Made by a program: the position numbers and the translations under genes. DNA of 64,000 nucleotides from Eledone cirrhosa. Its lineage: Eukaryota. Below are positions 54,701-64,000 of this stretch, piece after piece. Each line of letters opens with the position of its first letter. Position 1 is the first letter of the stretch. Under the pieces are notes generated by a model that worked only from the letters and a program-made list of their open reading frames with translations, was not told the origin of the DNA and made no database searches. The stretch is from the NCBI GenBank assembly GCA_964016885.1, contig OZ024743.1:333126001-333190000 (forward strand), in the 5' to 3' direction.

Positions 54701-57499
54701 TTCCTTTAAAACCTCCATGGAACAAACTATCTGCATCAGTTGTTAGCTGTCGAGACACTGCATCCTTTAAAACCTCCATGGAACAAACTACCTGAATCAG
54801 TTGTTAGCTGTCGAGACACTGCATCCTTTAAAACCTCCATGGAACAAACTACCTGCAACAGTTGCTAGCTGTCGAGACACTGCATCCGTTAAAACCTCCA
54901 TGGAACAAACTACCTACATCAGTTGTTAGCTGTCGAGACACTGTATCCTTTAAAACCTCCATGGAACAAACTACCTACATCAGTTGTTAGCTGTTGAAAC
55001 ACTGCTTCCTTTAAAACCTCCATGGAACAAACTACCTGCATCAGTTGTTAGCTGTCGAGACACTGCATCCTTTAAAACCTCCATGGAACAAACTACCTGC
55101 ATCAGTTGTTAGCTGTCGAGACACTGCATCCTTTAAAACCTCCATGGAACAAACTACCTGCATCAGTTGTTAGCTGTCGAGACACTGCATCCTTTTAAAC
55201 CTCCATGGAACAAACTACCTGCATCAGTAGTTAGCTGTCGAGACACTGCATCCTTTAAAACCTCCATGGAACAAACTACCTGCATCAGTAGTTAGCTGTT
55301 GAGACACTGCATCCTTTAAAACCTCCATGTAACAAACTGCCTGATTCAGTTGTTAGCTGTCGAGACACTGCATCCTTTAAAACCTCCATGGAACAAACTA
55401 CCTACATCAGTTGTTAGCTGTCGAGACACTGCATCCTTTAAAACCTCCATGGAACAAACTACCTGCATCAGTTGTTAGCTGTCGAGACACTGCATCCTTT
55501 AAAACCTCCATGGAACAAACTACCTGCATCAGTTGTTAGCTGTCGAGACACTGCATCCTTTAAAACCTCCATGGAACAAACTACCTGCATCAGTTGTTAG
55601 CTGTCGAGACACTGCATCCTTTAAAACCTCCATGGAACAAACTACCTGCATCAGTTGTTAGCTGTCGAAACACTGCATCCTTTAAAACCTCCATGGAACA
55701 AACTACCTGAATCAGTTGTTAGCTGTCGAGACACTGCATCCTTTAAAACCTCCATGGAACAAACTACCTGCATCAGTTGTTAGCTGTCGAGACACTGCAT
55801 CCTTTAAAACCTCCATGGAACAAACTACCTACATCAGTAGTTAGCTGTCGAGACACTGCATCCTTTAAAACCTCCATGGAACAAACTGCCTTTATCAGTT
55901 GTTAGCTGTCGAGACACTGCATCCTTTAAAACCTCCATGGAACAAACTACCTGAATCAGTTGTTAGCTGTCGAGACACTGCATCCTTTAAAACCTCCATG
56001 GAACAAACTACCTGCATCAGTTGTTAGCTGTCGAGACACTGCATCCTTTAAAACCTCCATGGAACAAACTACCTGCATCAGTTGTTAGCTGTCGAGACAC
56101 TGCATCCTTTAAAACCTCCATGGATCAAACTACCTGCAACAGTTGCTAGCTGTCGAGACACTGCATCCGTTAAAACCTCCATGGAACAAACTACCTACAT
56201 CAGTTGTTAGCTGTCGAGACACTGCATCCTTTAAAACCTCCATGGAACAAACTACCTACATCAGTTGTTAGCTGTTGAGACACTGCTTCCTTTAAAACCT
56301 CCATGGAACAAACTACCTACATCAGTTGTTAGCTGTCGAGACACTGCTTCCTTTAAAACCTCCATGGAACAAACTACCTGCATCAGTTGTTAGCTGTCGA
56401 GACACTGCATCCTTTAAAACCTCCATGGAACAAACTACCTGCATCAGTTGTTAGCTGTCGAGACACTGCATCCTTTAAAACCTCCATGGAACAAACTACC
56501 TGCATCAGTTGTTAGCTGTCGAGACACTGCATCCTTTAAAACCTCCATGGAACAAACTACCTGCATCAGTTGTTAGCTGTCGAGACACTGCATCCTTTTA
56601 AACCTCCATGGAACAAACTACCTGCATCAGTAGTTAGCTGTCGAGACACTGCATCCTTTAAAACCTCCATGGAACAAACTACCTGCATCAGTAGTTAGCT
56701 GTCGAGACACTGCATCCTTTAAAACCTCCATGGAACAAACTGCCTGATTCAGTTGTTAGCTGTCGAGACACTGCATCCTTTAAAACCTCAATGGAACAAC
56801 TACCTACATCAGTTGTTAGCTGTCGAGACACTGCATCCTTTAAAACCTCCATGGAACAAACTACCTGCATCAGTTGTTAGCTGTCGAGACACTGCATCCT
56901 TTAAAACCTCCATGGAACAAACTACCTGCATCAGTTGTTAGCTGTCGAAACACTGCATCCTTTAAAACCTCCATGGAACAAACTACCTGAATCAGTTGTT
57001 AGCTGTCGAGACACTGCATCCTTTAAAACCTCCATGGAACAAACTACCTGCATCAGTTGTTAGCTGTCGAGACACTGCATCCTTTAAAACCTCCATGGAA
57101 CAAACTACCTACATCAGTAGTTAGCTGTCGAGACACTGCATCCTTTAAAACCTCCATGGAACAAACTGCCTGTATCAGTTGTTAGCTGTCGAGACACTGC
57201 ATCCTTTAAAACCTCCATGGAACAAACTACCTACATCAGTTGTTAGCTGTCGAGACACTGCATCCTTTAAAACCTCCATGGAACAAACTACCTGCATCAG
57301 TTGTTAGCTGTCGAGACACTGCATCCTTTAAAACCTCCATGGAACAAACTACCTGCATCAGTTGTTAGCTGTCGAGACACTGCATCCTTTAAAACCTCCA
57401 TGGAACAAACTACCTGCATCAGTTGTTAGCTGTCGAGACACTGCATCCTTTAAAACCTCCATGGAACAAACTACCTGCATCAGTTGTTAGCTGTCGAGA

Positions 57500-60400
57500 C
57501 ACTGCATCCTTTGAAACCTCCATGGAACAAACTACCTGCATCAGTTGTTAGCTGTCGAAACACTGCATCCTTTCAAACCTCCATGGTACAAACTACCTGA
57601 ATCAGTTGTTAGCTGTCGAGACACTGCATCCTTTAAAACCTCCATGGAACAAACTACCTGCATCAGTTGTTAGCTGTCGAGACACTGCATCCTTTAAAAC
57701 CTCCATGGAACAAACTACCTACATCAGTAGTTAGCTGTCGAGACACTGCATCCTTTAAAACCTCCATGGAACAAACTGCCTGTATCAGTTGTTAGCTGTC
57801 GAGACACTGCATCCTTTAAAACCTCCATGGAACAAACTACCTGCATCAGTTGTTAGCTGTCGAGACACTGCATCCTTTAAAACCTCCATGGAACAAACTA
57901 CCTGCATCAGTTGTTAGCTGTCGAGACACTGCATCCTTTAAAACCTCCATGGAACAAACTACCTGCATCAGTTGTTAGCTGTCGAGACACTGCATCCTTT
58001 AAAACCTGCATGGAACAAACTACCTGCATCAGTTGTTAGCTGTCGAGACACTGCATCCTTTAAAACCTCCATGGATCAAACTACCTGCAACAGTTGCTAG
58101 CTATCGAGACACTGCATCCTTTAAAACCTCCATGGAACAAACTACCTACATCAGTTGTTAGCTGTCGAGACACTGCATCCTTTAAAACCTCCATGGAACA
58201 AACTACCTACATCAGTTGTTAGCTGTCGAGACACTGCTTCCTTTAAAACCTCCATGGAACACACTACCTACATCAGTTGACAGCTGTCGAGACACTGCTT
58301 CCTTTAAAACCTCCATGGAACAAACTACCTGCATCAGTTGTTAGCTGTTGAGACACTGCATCCTTTAAAACCTCCATGGAACAAACTACCTGAATCAGTT
58401 GTTAGCTGTCGAGACACTGCATCCTTTAAAACCTCCATGGAACAAACTACCTGCAACAGTTGCTAGCTGTCGAGACACTGCATCCGTTAAAACCTCCATG
58501 GAACAAACTACCTACATCAGTTGTTAGCTGTCGAGACACTGTATCTTTTAAAACCTCCATGGAACAAACTACCTACATCAGTTGTTAGCTGTTGAAACAC
58601 TGCTTCCTTTAAAACCTCCATGGAAAAAACTACCTACATCAGTTGTTAGCTGTTGAGACACTGCTTCCTTTAAAACCTCCATGGAACAAACTACCTGCAT
58701 CAGTTGTTAGCTGTCGAGACACTGCATCCTTTAAAACCTCCATGGAACAAACTACCTGCATCAGTCGTTAGCTGTTGAGACACTGCATCCTTTAAAACCT
58801 CCATGGACCAAACTACCTGCATCAGTTGTTAGCTGTCGAGACACTGCATCCTTTAAAACCTGCATGGAACAAACTACCTGCATCAGTTGTTAGCTGTCGA
58901 GACACTGCATCCTTTAAAACCTCCATGGATCAAACTACCTGCAACAGTTGCTAGCTATCGAGACACTGCATCCTTTAAAACCTCCATGGAACAAACTACC
59001 TACATCAGTTGTTAGCTGTCGAGACACTGCATCCTTTAAAACCTCCATGGAACAAACTACCTGCATCAGTTGTTAGCTGTCGAGACACTGCATCCTTTAA
59101 AACCTCCATGGAACAAACTACCTGCATCAGTTGTTAGCTGTCGAGACACTGCATCCTTTAAAACCTCCATGGATCAAACTACCTGCAACAGTTGCTAGCT
59201 GTCGAGACACAGCATCCGTTAAAACCTCCATGGAACAAACTACCTGCATCAGTTGTTAGCTGTCGAGACACTGCATCCTTTGAAACCTCCATGGAACAAA
59301 CTACCTGCATCAGTTGTTAGCTGTCGAAACACTGCATCCTTTCAAACCTCCATGGTACAAACTACCTGAATCAGTTGTTAGCTGTCGAGACACTGCATCC
59401 TTTAAAACCTCCATGGAACAAACTACCTGCATCAGTTGTTAGCTGTCGAGACACTGCATCCTTTAAAACCTCCATGGAACAAACTACCTACATCAGTAGT
59501 TAGCTGTCGAGACACTGCATCCTTTAAAACCTCCATGGAACAAACTGCCTGTATCAGTTGTTAGCTGTCGAGACACTGCATCCTTTAAAACCTCCATGGA
59601 ACAAACTACCTGCATCAGTTGTTAGCTGTCGAGACACTGCATCCTTTAAAACCTCCATGGAACAAACTACCTGCATCAGTTGTTAGCTGTCGAGACACTG
59701 CATCCTTTAAAACCTCCATGGAACAAACTACCTGCATCAGTTGTTAGCTGTCGAGACACTGCATCCTTTAAAACCTGCATGGAACAAACTACCTGCATCA
59801 GTTGTTAGCTGTCGAGACACTGCATCCTTTAAAACCTCCATGGATCAAACTACCTGCAACAGTTGCTAGCTATCGAGACACTGCATCCTTTAAAACCTCC
59901 ATGGAACAAACTACCTACATCAGTTGTTAGCTGTCGAGACACTGCATCCTTTAAAACCTCCATGGAACAAACTACCTGCATCAGTTGTTAGCTGTCGAGA
60001 CACTGCATCCTTTAAAACCTCCATGGAACAAACTACCTGCATCAGTTGTTAGCTGTCGAGACACTGCATCCTTTAAAACCTCCATGGATCAAACTACCTG
60101 CAACAGTTGCTAGCTGTCGAGACACAGCATCCGTTAAAACCTCCATGGAACAAACTACCTGCATCAGTTGTTAGCTGTCGAGACACTGCATCCTTTGAAA
60201 CCTCCATGGAACAAACTACCTGCATCAGTTGTTAGCTGTCGAAACACTGCATCCTTTCAAACCTCCATGGTACAAACTACCTGAATCAGTTGTTAGCTGT
60301 CGAGACACTGCATCCTTTAAAACCTCCATGGAACAAACTACCTGCATCAGTTGTTAGCTGTCGAGACACTGCATCCTTTAAAACCTCCATGGAACAAACT

Positions 60401-63400
60401 ACCTGCAACAGTTGCTAGCTGTCGAGACACTGCATCCGTTAAAACCTCCATGGAACAAACTACCTACATCAGTTGTTAGCTGTCGAGACACTGTATCTTT
60501 TAAAACCTCCATGGAACAAACTACCTACATCAGTTGTTAGCTGTTGAAACACTGCTTCCTTTAAAACCTCCATGGAAAAAACTACCTACATCAGTTGTTA
60601 GCTGTTGAGACACTGCTTCCTTTAAAACCTCCATGGAACAAACTACCTGCATCAGTTGTTAGCTGTCGAGACACTGCATCCTTTAAAACCTCCATGGAAC
60701 AAACTACCTGCATCAGTCGTTAGCTGTTGAGACACTGCATCCTTTAAAACCTCCATGGACCAAACTACCTGCATCAGTTGTTAGCTGTCGAGACACTGCA
60801 TCCTTTAAAACCTGCATGGAACAAACTACCTGCATCAGTTGTTAGCTGTCGAGACACTGCATCCTTTAAAACCTCCATGGATCAAACTACCTGCAACAGT
60901 TGCTAGCTGTCGAGACACAGCATCCGTTAAAACCTCCATGGAACAAACTACCTGCATCAGTTGTTAGCTGTCGAGACACTGCATCCTTTGAAACCTCCAT
61001 GGAACAAACTACCTGCATCAGTTGTTAGCTGTCGAAACACTGCATCCTTTCAAACCTCCATGGTACAAACTACCTGAATCAGTTGTTAGCTGTCGAGACA
61101 CTGCATCCTTTAAAACCTCCATGGAACAAACTACCTGCATCAGTTGTTAGCTGTCGAGACACTGCATCCTTTAAAACCTCCATGGAACAAACTACCTACA
61201 TCAGTAGTTAGCTGTCGAGACACTGCATCCTTTAAAACCTCCATGGAACAAACTGCCTGTATCAGTTGTTAGCTGTCGAGACACTGCATCCTTTAAAACC
61301 TCCATGGAACAAACTACCTGCATCAGTTGTTAGCTGTCGAGACACTGCATCCTTTAAAACCTCCATGGAACAAACTACCTGCATCAGTTGTTAGCTGTCG
61401 AGACACTGCATCCTTTAAAACCTCCATGGAACAAACTACCTGCATCAGTTGTTAGCTGTCGAGACACTGCATCCTTTAAAACCTGCATGGAACAAACTAC
61501 CTGCATCAGTTGTTAGCTGTCGAGACACTGCATCCTTTAAAACCTCCATGGATCAAACTACCTGCAACAGTTGCTAGCTATCGAGACACTGCATCCTTTA
61601 AAACCTCCATGGAACAAACTACCTACATCAGTTGTTAGCTGTCGAGACACTGCATCCTTTAAAACCTCCATGGAACAAACTACCTGCATCAGTTGTTAGC
61701 TGTCGAGACACTGCATCCTTTAAAACCTCCATGGAACAAACTACCTGCATCAGTTGTTAGCTGTCGAGACACTGCATCCTTTAAAACCTCCATGGATCAA
61801 ACTACCTGCAACAGTTGCTAGCTGTCGAGACACAGCATCCGTTAAAACCTCCATGGAACAAACTACCTGCATCAGTTGTTAGCTGTCGAGACACTGCATC
61901 CTTTGAAACCTCCATGGAACAAACTACCTGCATCAGTTGTTAGCTGTCGAAACACTGCATCCTTTCAAACCTCCATGGTACAAACTACCTGAATCAGTTG
62001 TTAGCTGTCGAGACACTGCATCCTTTAAAACCTCCATGGAACAAACTACCTGCATCAGTTGTTAGCTGTCGAGACACTGCATCCTTTAAAACCTCCATGG
62101 AACAAACTACCTACATCAGTAGTTAGCTGTCGAGACACTGCATCCTTTAAAACCTCCATGGAACAAACTGCCTGTATCAGTTGTTAGCTGTCGAGACACT
62201 GCATCCTTTAAAACCTCCATGGAACAAACTACCTGCATCAGTTGTTAGCTGTCGAGACACTGCATCCTTTAAAACCTCCATGGAACAAACTACCTGCATC
62301 AGTTGTTAGCTGTCGAGACACTGCATCCTTTAAAACCTCCATGGAACAAACTACCTGCATCAGTTGTTAGCTGTCGAGACACTGCATCCTTTAAAACCTG
62401 CATGGAACAAACTACCTGCATCAGTTGTTAGCTGTCGAGACACTGCATCCTTTAAAACCTCCATGGATCAAACTACCTGCAACAGTTGCTAGCTATCGAG
62501 ACACTGCATCCTTTAAAACCTCCATGGAACAAACTACCTACATCAGTTGTTAGCTGTCGAGACACTGCATCCTTTAAAACCTCCATGGAACAAACTACCT
62601 ACATCAGTTGTTAGCTGTCGAGACACTGCTTCCTTTAAAACCTCCATGGAACACACTACCTACATCAGTTGACAGCTGTCGAGACACTGCTTCCTTTAAA
62701 ACCTCCATGGAACAAACTACCTGCATCAGTTGTTAGCTGTTGAGACACTGCATCCTTTAAAACCTCCATGGAACAAACTACCTGAATCAGTTGTTAGCTG
62801 TCGAGACACTGCATCCTTTAAAACCTCCATGGAACAAACTACCTGCAACAGTTGCTAGCTGTCGAGACACTGCATCCGTTAAAACCTCCATGGAACAAAC
62901 TACCTACATCAGTTGTTAGCTGTCGAGACACTGTATCTTTTAAAACCTCCATGGAACAAACTACCTACATCAGTTGTTAGCTGTTGAAACACTGCTTCCT
63001 TTAAAACCTCCATGGAAAAAACTACCTACATCAGTTGTTAGCTGTTGAGACACTGCTTCCTTTAAAACCTCCATGGAACAAACTACCTGCATCAGTTGTT
63101 AGCTGTCGAGACACTGCATCCTTTAAAACCTCCATGGAACAAACTACCTGCATCAGTCGTTAGCTGTTGAGACACTGCATCCTTTAAAACCTCCATGGAC
63201 CAAACTACCTGCATCAGTTGTTAGCTGTCGAGACACTGCATCCTTTAAAACCTGCATGGAACAAACTACCTGCATCAGTTGTTAGCTGTCGAGACACTGC
63301 ATCCTTTAAAACCTCCATGGATCAAACTACCTGCAACAGTTGCTAGCTATCGAGACACTGCATCCTTTAAAACCTCCATGGAACAAACTACCTACATCAG

Positions 63401-64000
63401 TTGTTAGCTGTCGAGACACTGCATCCTTTAAAACCTCCATGGAACAAACTACCTGCATCAGTTGTTAGCTGTCGAGACACTGCATCCTTTAAAACCTCCA
63501 TGGAACAAACTACCTGCATCAGTTGTTAGCTGTCGAGACACTGCATCCTTTAAAACCTCCATGGATCAAACTACCTGCAACAGTTGCTAGCTGTCGAGAC
63601 ACAGCATCCGTTAAAACCTCCATGGAACAAACTACCTGCATCAGTTGTTAGCTGTCGAGACACTGCATCCTTTAAAACCTCCATGGAACAAACTACCTGC
63701 ATCAGTCGTTAGCTGTTGAGACACTGCATCCTTTAAAACCTCCATGGACCAAACTACCTGCATCAGTTGTTAGCTGTCGAGACACTGCATCCTTTAAAAC
63801 CTGCATGGAACAAACTACCTGCATCAGTTGTTAGCTGTCGAGACACTGCATCCTTTAAAACCTCCATGGATCAAACTACCTGCAACAGTTGCTAGCTATC
63901 GAGACACTGCATCCTTTAAAACCTCCATGGAACAAACTACCTACATCAGTTGTTAGCTGTCGAGACACTGCATCCTTTAAAACCTCCATGGAACAAACTA
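57500..64000 (+). repeat. Homogeneous terminal domain built from 13-, 15- and 29-monomer units with a 72-monomer (4392-bp) super-period
   Basis: CATGGTAC variant at 57587, 59356, 60271, 61064 and 61979 (gaps 29, 15, 13, 15 monomers); GGAACACACT at 58262 and 62654 (4392 = 72x61). No net indel from 56836 to 63973 (117x61). Confidence 0.88.

Larger units (their letters stand above)
1..64000. repeat. Tandem satellite array, 61-bp monomer, about 1053 copies, single orientation, extends beyond both window ends
   Basis: The pattern shifts by one base per 60-nt line throughout. Consensus TCCTTTAAAACCTCCATGGAACAAACTACCTGCATCAGTTGTTAGCTGTCGAGACACTGCA; most copies differ by 0-4 substitutions. Phase from 1 to 63973 is fully accounted for by 3x11-bp, 8x27-bp and 12x1-bp deletions. 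Confidence 0.99.

Noticed and set aside
1804-56941. All ORFs in the track (60-80 aa; MQVVCSMEV..., MLAVETL...)
   Set aside because: They are translations of the satellite. Because 61 is not a multiple of 3, frames cycle into a stop within three monomers. Every listed ORF spans a 1-bp or 11-bp deletion that delays the stop, and they occur on both strands at the same sites.
1-64000. CRISPR array (period of about 61 bp, partial palindromes)
   Set aside because: There are no unique spacers, as the entire unit is repeated, and no leader or cas genes are present.
1-64000. Giant repetitive protein gene or coding VNTR
   Set aside because: The unit length is not divisible by 3, stops recur on both strands, and frame-shifting deletions are tolerated.
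1-64000. Tandem RNA gene cluster (tRNA, 5S, snRNA, spliced leader)
   Set aside because: The 61-bp unit is too short for a gene plus spacer, and I see no cloverleaf, convincing A/B boxes or recognisable RNA sequence.
1-64000. Telomeric repeat, CENP-B box or known alpha-type satellite
   Set aside because: I see no TTAGGG-like G-rich units and no TTCG....A..CGGG motif, and the monomer matches no family I can recall.
1-64000. Monomer variants acting as an information code or diversity-generating cassette library
   Set aside because: Variant order is explained by nested duplication of point mutations, and no recombinase, reverse transcriptase or expression site is present in the window.
1-64000. 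Whole array as a sequencing concatemer or assembly artefact
   Set aside because: Hierarchically shared variants plus private SNPs are typical of a real evolving array, though individual block copy numbers still need read support.

Overview
The whole 64-kb window is one uninterrupted, head-to-tail tandem array (satellite DNA) of a 61-bp monomer, consensus TCCTTTAAAACCTCCATGGAACAAACTACCTGCATCAGTTGTTAGCTGTCGAGACACTGCA (27/61 = 44% GC). It runs off both ends. I saw no unique sequence, spacers, inversions, transposon insertions, genes or RNA genes. Phase arithmetic gives 1053 monomers plus a 28-bp partial one: the last monomer starts at 63973, and 63972 plus the 261 deleted bases I found equals 1053 x 61. 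All ORFs in the track are artefacts of frame-shifting deletions in the repeat. The informative structure lies in the variants. Diagnostic SNPs and deletions reveal nested higher-order repeats/block duplications of 5, 11, 15, 22, 36, 41, 43, 64 and 72 monomers. They also reveal an 8.6-kb block repeated about 15.6 kb away, a 2.4-kb block repeated 33.5 kb away, spatial zones with distinct variant sets, and several double substitutions that create perfect palindromes. I do not recognise the satellite family or the organism. A eukaryotic centromeric or heterochromatic origin is an inference only. I found no evidence for a protein-coding or CRISPR-like system. Offsets were computed by hand from marker positions, and block boundaries are approximate (about one monomer).
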